Shown here: positions 1 to 12,854 of the stretch, piece by piece
How the letters are laid out: every line of letters starts with the position of its first letter
How positions within the stretch are numbered: position 1 is the first letter of the stretch
Origin: Torpedo marmorata
Taxonomy: Eukaryota
Assembly: GCA_977017645.1 (NCBI GenBank)
Contig: OZ360219.1
Location: forward strand, 57,598,001-57,662,000
Direction of reading: 5' to 3'
DNA: 64,000 bases
Program-made: the position numbers and the translations under genes
The notes under the pieces: generated by a model
What the model saw: only the letters and a program-made list of their open reading frames with translations
Told to the model about the DNA's origin: nothing
Databases searched by the model: none

Positions 1-2610
1 GAAATTGTAAAGACATGAAGACCATAATGGGGGTCATTTACAGGCCTCCGAAAAGTAGCTCAGATATAGGAAGTAGTATAAATCAAGAATTAAGAGTGGC
101 ATGTCAAAGTGGTAGCAATACGGTAGTTATGGGGGACTTCAACATGAAGGTGGACTGGGAAAATCAGACGGGGGCAGGAAAGCAAGAGAGTGAGTTTATA
201 GAATGTCTACGAGATTCATTCTTGGAGCAGCTAGTGGAGGAACCTACCAGGGGGAAGTGGATTCTGGACTTGGTGCTGTGCAGCGCCGCAGAGTTAATAA
301 GTGACCTCGAAGTAGGGGTGCCATTAGGGAATAGTATGGTTACTTTTGATCTGCAAATGGAAAGGGAAAAAGAAAGGAAGTCGGAAGCATCTGTACTGCA
401 GTTAAATAGAGGGGATTATGCAGCTATGAGGGAGGAGCTAGCCAAAATAAAATGGAAAGATACACTAGCTGGGAGGACATCTGGGGAAAAATGGCAGGTA
501 TTTATGGGTGTTTTTCACAGGATTCAGGAGAAATTCATTCCAAAGTGGAGGAAAGGCTCTTGGAGATGCAAATGGCAGCCATGGGTAACTAATGAAATCA
601 AGTGCAATATCAAGTCCAAAGGGAGTAAGTATAAGATAGCGAAGCAGAGTGGGAAGTTAGAGGATTGGGAAACCTTCAAAAAACATCAGTGGGTAACTAA
701 GAAAGTCATACGAGAGGGGAAAATTAAGTACGAGAGGAAATTAGCAAATAATATAATAGAGGATAGCAAAAGCTTTTTTAAATATGTGAAGAGGAAGAAA
801 TTGGTTCGGACTAAAATTGGGCCATTAAGAATGGAAAAGTGTGAAATTATTACTGGAAACAAGGAAATGGCTGAGGAATTTAACAAATACTTTGCATCTG
901 TCTTCACCAAGGAGGATATAGGTTATGGTCAGTTAGGGGGTAGTGGTCATGCAGTGTCAAGAGACTTGGGGAACTTTCCTGGGGAAGTAGGGAATCTGAT
1001 GGATATCCGGATCCAGAAGCAGGAGGTTGTGATTAAATTGTTGGGACTGAGGGCTGATAAATCCCCAGGGCCTGATGGGCTGCATCCCAGGGTGCTTAAA
1101 GAGGTTTCTCTGGAAATTGTGGAGGCACTGGTCGACATTTTCCAAAGATCCATAGATTCGGGGGAGGTCCCTGTGGATTGGAGAGTGGCTGATGTGGTGC
1201 CGCTTTTTAAGAAGGGAGGGAGGGAGAAAACGGGAAATTATAGACCGGTCAGCCTGACGTCATTGGTGGGGAAGATATTGGAATCTATCATAAAAGGAGT
1301 AATAGCAGAACACTTAGGCAGAAATAATAGTATAAGGGCTAGTCAGCATGGATTCCTTAAGGTTAAATCATGCTTGACTAACCTTCTGGAATTTTTCGAA
1401 GATGTGACAAAGAGGGTGGACTTGGGAGAGCCAGTGGATGTGGTGTATTTGGACTTCCAGAAGGCCTTTGATAAGGTCCCGCACAGGGGACTAGTGGGCA
1501 AGATCAGGGAACATGGTATTGGAGGTAAGGTGCTGACATGGATAGGAAATTGGTTAAGAAATAGGAAACAAAGGGTTGGGGTAAGCGGGTCATTTTCAGG
1601 ATGGCAGGATGTGACAAGTGGAGTGCCGCAGGGATCGGTGTTGGGTCCTCAGTTGTTTGTCATTTATGTAAATGATTTGGATGAAGGTATTATTAATAAC
1701 ATGAGCAAATTTGCAGATGACACTAAACTGGGTGGTGGTGTAAAGTGTGAGGAGGATGTCAGGAAAATGCAGAGGGACTTGGACAGGTTGGGGGAGTGGG
1801 CTGAGGAATGGAAGATGAAGTTCAATGTGAGCAAATGTGAGGTTATCCATTTTGGGGGCAGTATTATTTAAATGGAGACAAGCTAGGGAGTGGGGAAGTG
1901 CAAATGGATCTGGGTGTACTTGTACACCAGTCACTGAAGGCTAACATGCAGGTTCAGAAAGCTGTGAAGAAGGCAAATGGCATGTTGGCTTTCATAAAGA
2001 GGGGATTGGAGTATAGGAGCAGAGACGCCCTTCTGCAGTTGTACAGGGCCCTGGTGAGACCTCACCTGGAGTATTGCGTCCAGTTCTGGTCCCCAAATTT
2101 GAGGAAGGACATACTAGCTTTAGAGGGTGTGCAGCGCAGATTTACAAGGTTAGTTCCCGGGATGGCAGGATTGGCATATGCTGAAAGGTTATAAAAACTG
2201 GACTTATATCCGATGGAGTTTAGAAGGATGAGGGGGGACATGATTGAGGTATACAAGATTATCAAGGGGATAGACAGGGTGAAATCGGATTACTTGTTCC
2301 TAATGATGGGAGAGACGAGGACTAGTGGGCATAGTTTAAGAATACAGGGAAGGCCCTTTAGGATGGAGATGAGGAAACATTTTTTTACCCAGAGAAGTGT
2401 GAATCTGTGGAATGCTTTGCCACAGAGGGTGGTAGAGGCAGATTCGCTGATTATGTTCAAAAGAGAGTTAGATAAGACTCTAGTGGGCAGGGGAGTTAAG
2501 GGTTATGGGGATAAGGCTGGAAGGGGGTACTGATAGTAGTGATCAGCCATGATCTGTAAAATGGCGGTGTTGGCTCGACGGGCCGAAGGGCCTACTCCAG
2601 CTCCTATCTA
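1..2610 (+). mobile_element. CR1-clade LINE (ORF2 endonuclease C-terminal part plus RT, 3' UTR), disrupted; starts before the window
   Basis: ORF 15..1871 has YRPP, GDFN, SPGPDG, NYRPVSLTS, DFQKAFDKV, GVPQGSVLGP, FADDTKL; continues after a frameshift/stop in 1898..2194 and 2213..2533 (RPHLEYCVQFW, RRMRGD, FFTQR..WN); CR1-type 3' tail ggccgaagggcct. Confidence 0.95.
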
Positions 2611-2639
2611 AAAAAACCAAAAAAAAAAACAAAGGGTGG

Positions 2640-3800
2640 ATATTTGAAATTGTTAAATGTAATATTAAGTCCGGAGGCAGGAGATGAGATGCTGTTCTTT
2701 GTGTTTACATGAGGCATCATTAGAGCAAGGTAGAAAACTGAACACAGAACAGTCAGAGTAAACATGGGAAGGAGAATTAAAGCAACAGACAACTAAAGGC
2801 TCAGTTTTGCCTTGCTGACTGAATGGAGGTGTTCTGCAAAATGGTCGCCCAATCTGCTTTAATTTCTCTAACGTAAGGTGTCTACACTATGAACACCAAA
2901 TGCAGGACACAGGATTGGAAAAAATGCAAGTGAATCACTGCTTCACCAGGAAGGTTTGTCTGAGTCCCTGTAAGGAAGGAAGGGAATAGAAAGGGAATAA
3001 GTAAAAGAGCAGACATCGCATTTCCTGTCGTTGCATGGGAAAAGGGTTGGCAGAATTATTAAAAAAATTTTTTTTTAATGATAAAGCACGATAGAAACCC
3101 ATTGATATCTGTGCTTCTCAATTATACCCAATTAACCTACCAATCACATGCGATTTGGAGGGTGGGAGGAAACTGGAGTACCTGGAGAAAATCTATGCAG
3201 GTCATAGGGAGAATGTGCAAACTCCTTACAGACAGTGCCGGATTCGACCCGGGTCGCTAGCACTGTAATAACGTTGTGCTAATGGCTACGTTAACCATGC
3301 CGCCAGGTGATTGTTGGAGATGGAAGAGTGAAATAGGGAGTCACAGAGAGAACTTTCCCTTTGAAATAATTAAGAGGAAGGGAGGGGAAGGGAGGTGGTG
3401 GAATCCCATTGAAGGTGTTGGAAATTATGAAGAATTTTCAATTGAAAGTGGAGATTTTTAACGTGGAAGGTGAGGGGAAGTGAAATCCTATCTTTATTCT
3501 GGTTGAAAGGGGAAGGGGGGAGTTAGTAAGAACAGACGTGTAGGAAACAGAGAAGACATTTGAGAGCCCTGTCAATCATGGTAGAGGCAAAACTACCGTC
3601 ATGGGTAAAGGAAGACATATGAAAGGCATTGTTATGAAATGCCTTGCGTCAGAGCAGATACGATGAACACAGTAATACTGGGAGAATAGGATGGAGTCTT
3701 CAGAAGGAGCAGAGTAGGAGTAGATGATGCTGAAGTAGCTGCAGAGCCTGTGGACTTATAATTGAAATTTGTCATATATGGAGTTAGAAATATCAAGAAA
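2640..3800 (-). mobile_element. Degraded Penelope-like element remnant (GIY-YIG region), interrupted by a SINE
   Basis: Minus strand around 2820-2930 reads like decayed YCI.C..C..LY.GET...LGD.F.EH endonuclease sequence; boundaries approximate. Confidence 0.5.
3085..3305 (-). mobile_element. tRNA-derived SINE
   Basis: Similar to copies at 23391-23617 and 59877-60110 (head ggcacggttagcg..., B-box ggttcgaatcc, body ggagtttgtac). Confidence 0.75.
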
Positions 3801-3888
3801 GGAAAGAGTCAGGTGTGGATCGTATGAATTTTGAATTATTTATTGTCACAATAAATTGTGAATTATCCCTTAGCGTAGGTTAAAAAAA

Positions 3889-4725
3889 AATGGTGAAGCT
3901 GCCAGAGCTGCTGTAACGGCAGCACTGCCGGTGGTACGAAATCGCGGAGAGCAGGGAGCGAAGTCTCAGCGCTCCTCCATGTGGTCCAACCACCCAGACC
4001 GACTGCATTCGGCTCTGTACAGGCATTAAATGGCCTGTTAAAGGAGCCGACTGGTTTATTTTAAAATCCAGCGACCGTGGCGTCTGGCCCAAGAAGACGG
4101 CGCCTATGATCGGCAGCAGCCACGAGGGGTTGCAGACTCCGGGGTAGCGGAGGACTGGCGCAGGGCACCAGAAACAGGGAGACCACCCCCCCACCCCCAT
4201 TTGAGAAGGAAAAGCAGAGGAGATGACCCACTGGGCGGTGTCCTTGGCGGCGGACAAGTGCTGGACTCTAAGACACAGGAGGTGAGCTGTTGGTGACTCG
4301 AGGGCAAGTTACCCACGTAGGATGCGGGCTGCTGGCGACTGCGGTCAAAGGACTCACATCAGGCTGCAGACTGATGGAGACTGGCTCGAGACTGGCTGAA
4401 GGGGTACCAGGTATCGGAACCAGGATGCGAGAGGGTGAAGGAGGCTTACTGATCATGTCAGAGGTGTGTCTGGAACTCGGATTACTGATGGTTTGGACTG
4501 AAGGCTGTGTGGCTGCGGAGGCTGCGGGAGCACTGGAGGCGAAGCCATGGACATTCAGTGACCCTGGGGGGACTCTCTTTTTCTTCTCTTTCTCTGACTG
4601 TAATGGGCGCCAGGCAATTTTTGCTGATAGCAAATCTTTGTCTGCTGTATGGTAGACAAAAGGAAATTTTGTGTATTGTCACATTTTCTGTTTTATCATA
4701 TGACAATAAAATAATCTTGAATCTA
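3889..4725 (+). mobile_element. Non-coding ~0.8-kb interspersed repeat, copy 1 (Rex-like 3' tail)
   Basis: Homologous to 30383-31200 and 34223-34890 (reverse strand); ends tgacaataaaataatcttgaatct. Confidence 0.75.
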
Positions 4726-5227
4726 AAAGCAAAAAGAATCAAAGAGGAGTTGATGGGCATGTGTGAGTGAAACAAGTTGCAGGAGTACAGGGGAAATAAG
4801 GAGAGGAGAAATGGGACTAATGGGATTGATTCCGTGGGAGCCGGAATGCTCTTGGTGGGTCATATGGCTTCCTTCTCTACCTTTATATGATAGGATAATA
4901 TTTTGTACTTTTCTAACATCAGTATAAATGACCTTTCACGAGAACCCATCAGCATTTCTGATGAAGGTTCATCAGCCTGAAATGTTGACTCTGCAGAGAT
5001 TTTTTTCTGGCACATTCTGTGTGACATCGGAACTAGCAGCACAATAATTTTTACATTAAAGCTTTATAAGTTTATCTAAAATTTGTTATCTAAAGATTAC
5101 ATTGCCATGTTTGTAGCTTTATGCTTACACACATTCACAGGAAGCTCAATTTTCGAAAGTTGAAACTACAGTCCAATATCCTTCTGCTAAAGAGGTCCTT
5201 CAAATTGTCATTATTCATGATTACCCA

Positions 5228-5824
5228 CACTGGCGTCACTAGGGTTGGTGTCACCCAGTGTGGTAACTCATGGTGTCACCCCCCCCCCCCCCACTCATGG
5301 ACCTCCTCCGTAACTGAGTAACTGAGTGGAAGCCCTTTTTGATTTTTCTCCTTCTTTTCCTTTAATTACTACTTCATTCTCAAAAACGTTATTGATATAG
5401 GTTCACAAATACTAATTACCACAATATTGTAGCTAAAACACCAGAAAATTTGACAAAAGCAGCGACTATAAAAACACCAGCAGCAACGAAAACAACAGCG
5501 CGTGCTTGTAGCGCGTGCAGATGAAACCACGTGATTCAAAGCATTATTGTAATTGGGTAATAATGACAGCTCTGACCGGAGTGCATTAGAAGGTTCAAAA
5601 AGTAAATTAAGCATAGAGTTTTAGCCTTGTAGGTATATTGATACATGTAAGCTGGGCTTACGAAAAAAAATTTTGTTGTTATAACTAACTACAGGGATAT
5701 TTTTATAAAAAATAATAAATTTCTGCTGAAACACTGCACAAAAATTTTATAGACAGTCATTTTAGTGTCACCCCCTCTGATGGCATCATCCGGTGCGGTC
5801 CGCACCCCCCTAGTGACGCCAGTG
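5228..5824. mobile_element. hAT-type non-autonomous DNA transposon (MITE)
   Basis: 16-bp TIRs cactggcgtcactagg / cctagtgacgccagtg; perfect 8-bp TSD attaccca at 5220-5227 and 5825-5832. Confidence 0.9.
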
Positions 5825-5945
5825 ATTACCCACTCCGCATTCAGTCGTAAAATCTTCAACCCCATTAATGTATGCTCGCTAACTAAACTTTGCTGGGATT
5901 ATTCCACAAATTAGAGGTGATTTTATGGCATACTTTTGGAAATGA

Positions 5946-6344
<399 letters not shown>

Positions 6345-6594
6345 TAAAATGTTTAATTGTCTGGGCAAATGATATTACTCTTCAGAAAGCATCAGTAATA
6401 TAAAAATGGCAAATCAGACTTTTGGGCCCTTACATTTTGCAGTAGGTCTTCTGGTTTTGCAATATAACTGATCTCTAAGACGTGCAGCACTCAAGCTATA
6501 CCTAGCCAGACAAATTGTTCCAAAAATAATCTCCTGTTAAACTGCCAAGCACCAATATTCCAATTAAGTTTATTGACTGACCAAGATGCCAACA

Positions 6595-7230
6595 ATACCA
6601 TAAGACATAGGAGCAGAATTAGGCCATTCAGCCCATCAAGTCCACCCCACCATTCCATCATAGCTGATTTAAAATCCTTTTCAACCACATTTTACTGCCT
6701 TCTTCCGAAAACCCTTAATTCCCTTCCTCATCAAGAACCTATCTAGCTCTGTTTTAAATATACCCAACGGCTTGGCGTCCACAGCCATCTGTGGCAATAG
6801 ATTCCATAGATTCACCACCCACCTCATCACTGTTTTTTAAATTTAAATTTAAATTTTAAATTTTTAAATTTAGACATACTGCACGGTAACAGACAATTTC
6901 GGCCCATGAGTCCGTGCCACCCAATGTACACCCAATTAACCTACACCCCCAGTACGTTTCAAATGGGATATGTTCTAATGGGATATTTTTGTATTCTGAG
7001 GCTGTGCCCTCTGGTCCCGACTTCCCCACCTTAGGAAACATCCTCTCCACTTCCACTCAATCCTGGCCTTTCAGTAATCGATAGGTTTCGATGAGATCCC
7101 CCTCCCCTCATTCTTCTAAACTCCAGTAAGTACAGAGCCATCAAACGCTCCACATATGATAACCCTTTAATTTCAAGGATCATTCTCGTGAACCTCCAGC
7201 ACATCCTTCCTTAGAAAAGGAGCCCAAAAC
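6595..7230 (-). mobile_element. Old CR1 3' fragment with a partial SINE inserted at about 6838-6965
   Basis: Minus-strand remnants of the CR1 ORF2 C-terminus and 3' tail (ggctgaatggcctaattctgctcctatgtcttatg); SINE tail gtatgtctaaattt inside. Confidence 0.7.
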
Positions 7231-7454
7231 TATTTCACTCTCAGCAAAGAAGTGGGTAACGAATTTTTGGGGTCACAGAGCAATAAAGCTTGCAAATAGG
7301 CCATTCAGCCCAAAGCAGGGAAACAGGCTTTTTGTCCCACTGAGTCGCACTGACCATTAACCATCCATCTTAAACAATCCTATGTTAATTCCTTTTTTTA
7401 AATCTCTGCACGTTCTCTTCAACATCACCCAGATTCTGCCACTCACCAGCATGT

Positions 7455-7612
7455 CTTTGCGCTGTGGGAGGAAATCGGACCGCCATGAGGAAACCCATGC
7501 AGTTATAAGGAGAATGTGCAACTTCACACTCACAGGACCCGAGGTCAGAATTGAACCCAGGTCTCTGGCTCTGTGAGACAGTAGCTCTACTAGCTGTGCC
7601 AATGTGCTGCCA
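7455..7612 (-). mobile_element. tRNA-derived SINE, older family
   Basis: Minus strand ggcagcacattggcacagctagtagagc...gggttcaattctgacc carries A/B-box-like motifs. Confidence 0.6.
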
Positions 7613-9935
7613 AATTAATTCCTGGAGTTAGTGTAGCAATCGTGTTACCTGTATAATCCATAGAGATTCTCTCAATATCTTCAATCATAATGAATCATAA
7701 CTTCAATGAAGATCAATTAAAATCCCAGAGAAACATAATTTTCCACCTACTGTGTCACTGAGGTGTTGCCAAAGTTATGTCAGGAGATGAGGTTACCACT
7801 GAGGAAATTCTACTGTCTGTTTGAAAGAAACAGATTCATGATTTTGTTCATGAAAATCTTCCGTTGTGACTAAATTTTTAACTTTTTTTAATCAAATGAC
7901 CAATTTGTTGCCTGACAGAAATGGAAATGTAAACTCCCAGACTGATTTATCTGAGCATTTTACAACAAACGGAGGACTCTTTCATCCCATTGGTCCAAGT
8001 GGATTCCAAATTAAAATGAGAGGGTGGTACTAACCTACTGGAATATTTGCTTTGTTAAACAAGGTGACCAAATGTTACTGATTTTTGACTGTTGTATCCT
8101 GAACCTAACTCTATTATCCATACTCTATTCAAACTCAGCTGACTCCCTGTTCCCTTACATATTCATCTCATATATGGTACACAGTTTTAGGTGTTATGTG
8201 ACTGAATTTAATTGGAAAACTGGTAACTGATATAAAATCTGGTGCTTCTTGTAACACCACATTTTTTTCTTCTGTACATGTGGTAACTGTGAATATTTAT
8301 TATTTATTTTTTGCATGTATTTTTCCTTTTTATTTAATTTAATCTATACTATTGTAGTTGTTTTTTTTTCTCTTTATGAAGTACCTGTTCGGTTGCAGCA
8401 AGTAAGAATTTCAGTGCATGTGTACATTGTACAATATATATGACACTAAATTCATTTTCCAACCCTGAACCTGCCAACTATAACTCTATCTGCACGCATA
8501 TCTGTTGCAAGAACAGGTCATCTGTGCAAGCCCAATGCATGGTGTGAAATGCCCAGTTGAATTTCTAGAATGGTGTGATTTATCTTGGAAAACTATATAA
8601 TCACATTGTGTTCAGCAAAATGTTGATATTTCAAATCACTGGGGCCTGGATGAATCCTCCAATTTCTCCCTGCTTCACAAAACAGGTAAAAACTAGGAAC
8701 AAATGAAAACCTTTGGATTTCTGGCTCCAATGCTTTTATTTGGTTGTCCTTCTGTTAAACTCGTAGCATTACTCAGCTACTCAGTAAACTTTGCAACATT
8801 TTGTGAAACATCCACATCATCTACTTGGTTGCTGCAAGTTAAGGTAGTACATCTACTTAGTACTCCACTTAAGTGCAGCACAGCTCTCTTTGGCTCCAGG
8901 AAGTATGTGATCCAGGCAATTTTAACTTTCCACTGGTTTGAGCAGGTATATTAAAATAGCTCATCCAACCCCTTCTATATTTGTATCCCTGAGAATTGAT
9001 GGAATGAGAACAAGATAACTTTCTGCATTCCCGAATGGACAATGAAGTAGATAGAAAATGTAAATTGGTTGAGTAAGATCTCCCTCCTGACAAGTAACAA
9101 ATGTGTAATGCAACAAGAAACAGTAGACGTGGCCAATTCAGGCACAGAGTGGAAGTCTGCGTAACATATTCCATTAATCAACATTTCCTGCTTTTCATGG
9201 TTCAGCATCCTTTCCCTTTCCTGACCTTTATAGATCATGAATCCAACTTGTCTTTTTTGGCAAAAAAAACCCATTGTCTAAAAACATTTTCTGATAAGAA
9301 GAAATCACGTTAAAATTAAATTCCACAGAGAGCAGAAATATGGCTTAAATGCCAGGAAACTTTCGGTGGGTAATTAACACAGTGAGAAACCCTTTGTCAT
9401 TTCTCAACTAATCAGCTGGATGATTCTTAAACTTGGCATTCTGACCACCTCAGCCAGTGGAACTGTTTTTGAAGTTGAACTTCTTGATTGTACAACTAAG
9501 GATGGGCCATAATAGACCGTATGTTGGGGAATATGCCTAGCCAGATGATTGAGCTTTCAGTGGGGAAACATTTTGGAAACAGCAATCATAATTCATTAGG
9601 TTTTAGGAGAGTTATGGACAAGGCAAAGACTTAGGGTGAGGGCTAATTGAAACAGTATTATTTGCCCCAGTGCTCCACAGTTTTAAATTTAAAATAAAAC
9701 TATCCACATGTAATTAAAGTGCGCGTTCCAGATTTTGTACAAGGTTCTTTGTATACATTTTGGTTTGACCATGTAGAAATGACAGCACTTTTTATACATA
9801 GTCCCCTCATTTCAGGGCACCATAATGTTTCGGACATTTGGCTTCACAGGTGTTTGTGAGTACTCAGGTATGTTTAATTGCTTCATTGGTGCAGGTATAA
9901 GAGAGCTAGGCTTGCTTCTAAGCTTTTTTTTTATT

Positions 9936-11238
9936 AACCATATAACCATATAACAATTACAGCACGAAAACAGGCCATTAGGCCCTTCCAGTCCGCACCG
10001 AACCGAACACTCCTCTCTAGTCCCACCTACCTGCACCCTGCCCATAACCCTCCACTTCCTTCTCATCCATATACCTGTCCAAATTTTTCTTAAATAATAA
10101 AATTGACTCTGCCGCCACTACTTCTCCCGGAAGCTCATTCCACACCGCTACCACTCTCTGAGTAAAGAAGTTCCTCCTCATGTTACCTCTAAACCTCTGC
10201 CCCTTAACTCTTAACTCATGTCCTCTTGTTTCAATCTCTCCTATTCTTAATGGAAATAGTCTATCCACATCCACTCTGTCTATCCCTTTCATAATTTTAA
10301 ATACCTCTATCAAATCCCCTCTCAACCTTCTACACTCCAAAGAATAAAGACCTAATATGCTCAATCTCTCCTTGTACTCTAGATTCTTAAACCCAGGTAA
10401 CATTCTGGTAAACCTTCTCTGCACTCTCTCCACCTTGTTGATATCCTTCCTATAATTTGGCGACCAGAACTGCACACAGAACTCTAAATTAGGCCGCACC
10501 AAAGCCTTATATAATCTCAACATCACTTCCCAACTCCTATATTCTATGCAATGATTGATAAAGGCCAGCATACTAAAAGCCTTCTTCACCACCCTATTCA
10601 CATGAGTTTCCACCTTCAGGGAACGATGCACCGTTATTCCTAAATCTTTCTGCTCTTCTGTATTCATCAATGCTCTCCCATTTACTACATATGTCCTGTT
10701 CTGATTCTTCTTACCAAAATGAAGCACCTCACACTTATCAGCATTAAACTCCATCAGCCATTTTTCAGCCCACTTTTCTAAGCAGCCCAAATCCCTCTGC
10801 AATCCTTGAAAACCTTCTTCATTATCCACTATTCCACCTATCTTAGTATCATCTGCATATTTACTAATCCAGTTTACCACCCCATCATCTAGATCATTGA
10901 TATATATAACGAACAACAATGGGCCCAATACAGATCCCTGAGGCACACCGCTGGTCACCGGCCTCCAACCTGACAGACAATTATCCACTACCACTCTCTG
11001 GCCTCTCCCTTCCAGCCAATGTTCAATCCATTTGACTATCTCAGAATTTATACCTAAAGACTGCACCTTCCTAACTAACCTTCCATGCGGAACCTTATCG
11101 AAGGCCTTACTGAAGTCCATATAGACAACATCCACCGCGCTACCCTCATCCACATTCCTAGTCACCTCTTCAAAAAATTCAATCAGATTGGTCAAACAGG
11201 ACCTTCCGCTCACAAATCCGTGTTGAGAGTTCCTGATC
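9936..11238 (-). mobile_element. 5'-truncated young CR1 LINE (open RT C-terminal half)
   Basis: ORF ending at 10017 with SQHGF, DFSKAFDKV, YADDTKI; (ttatatgg)n 3' repeats; near-identical to 43027-44278. Confidence 0.95.
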
Positions 11239-11996
11239 AGAAAATACATGAGATAAGATATAAAATTATCAAAATACATGTGATACATTTTCACCCCCCC
11301 ACCCTCCCTCCCCTCCCCAACCCCCCATCCCCACTAATCTAATAAAAAATAAAAATTTAAAGTAAAATAGAAAAAAGAAAGAAAGAAAAGAATAGAATAA
11401 GGGGAATACCTTCTAAACTAATTCTATTATGGAGTTCAAATATGCCAGCAGATCCGATATCCAGAGATCTTCAAATCCTTAAACCCACGGCTCTCATATA
11501 TGGGTTCCAAATTTTCAAAAAAAAAAGATATTTATTACGTAAATTATAAGTAATTTTTTCAAGTGGTATACACGAATGAAGTTCCGCATGCCATCTTTCT
11601 AATCCTAAATCTAAATCAGATTTCCAAGTAATAGCAATGCATTTTTTTGAAACAGCGAAAGCAATTCGCAAAAATTCTACTTGATACATATTTAATTTCT
11701 TCTTAATACTAAATTTTTTAATATCTCCAAATAAAAATAACATAGGATCCATTGGAAACGTAATCTTAAATACTTTATCTAAAATTTTTTTAACTTTCAA
11801 CCAAAAATCTTGAATTTTTGGACAAAACCATGTAGAATGAACAAAAGAACCTTCCTCTCTATTACATCTAAAACATAAGCCTGATAATGTCAGATTAAAT
11901 TTCTTTAATTTTTTAGGTGTTAAGTATAATTGATGAAAAAAATTATATTGTACTAGTCTATATCTAACATTGATAATCTTCGTCATACTTAACTTA
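11239..11996 (-). mobile_element. 5'-truncated L1 (ORF2 C-terminal Cys-rich domain plus 3' UTR)
   Basis: ORF ending at 11471 with CFRC...H..W.CPK; G-rich 3' UTR; TSD ttgcttctaag at 9912-9922 and 11997-12007 surrounds the L1+CR1 unit. Confidence 0.9.
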
Positions 11997-12515
11997 TTGC
12001 TTCTAAGTTTTTGATCACCTTTGGAGTCTGTAGTTGCCATTTTTCAACATGAGGACCAATGAAAGTCAAAGAAGCCATGATGAGGCTGAAAAACAAGAAT
12101 AAAACAGTAAGAGACATCGCCCAAATCAACTGTTTGGAACATCATTAAGAAGAAAGAGCGTACTGGTGAGCTCAGTAATCTCAAAGGGACTGGTATTCCA
12201 AGGAAGACCTCCAACTGCTGATGACAGATGACTCATCATGATGAAGCAAAATTCCCAAACGTATGTCCAACAGATCAGAAACACTCTTCAGGAAGCAGAT
12301 GTGGATATGTCAACGATTACTGTCTGCAGAAGACCATGAAAAGAAATACAGAGGCTACACTGCAAGATGCAAACCACTAGTTAGCCACAGAAAGGATGGC
12401 CAGATTATAGTTTGCCAAGAAGTATTTAAAAGAGCCTGCAGAATTCTGGAAAAAAATGTCTTGAGGACAGATGAGACTAAGATTAACCTGCATTAGAGTG
12501 ATGGCAAGAACAAAG

Positions 12516-12768
12516 TGATAGGCCTATCAATAACCACTCGAAGACTGTGAGAGCGAGTGAATCATAGGCTTTTATTGACTAAGAATGAAGCCGTGCTTCC
12601 TACTCGATCAGGTCCGGACTGGAGGGGGTGGCCAAGATACAGTGGCCTTTATTCAGGTGAGGAAAGGGGAGGGATTACCTGGACACCCAAGGGAGGGGAG
12701 GGAGTAGACATCAGTCCGGCCTGTAATACCTGTACATACCACAAATACAAACACAGTGGTTTACCACA
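12516..12768 (-). repeat. 3' LTR of Gypsy element 1
   Basis: Direct repeat of 16764-17016 with no mismatch seen; adjacent to PPT (aaaaaggaggggtgaa on minus). Confidence 0.97.
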
Positions 12769-12854
12769 TTCACCCCTCCTTTTTAGAAAGAGTCCAGCGG
12801 GGTGACGTGACCACTCTAATCACACAATACAAATATACATATAGACCCTCCTTT

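Noticed and set aside
12557-12805. Duplicated small ORF MNHRLLLTKNE... (also at 16805)
   Set aside because: It is the antisense reading of the two identical LTRs and starts at GTG; no evidence of coding function.
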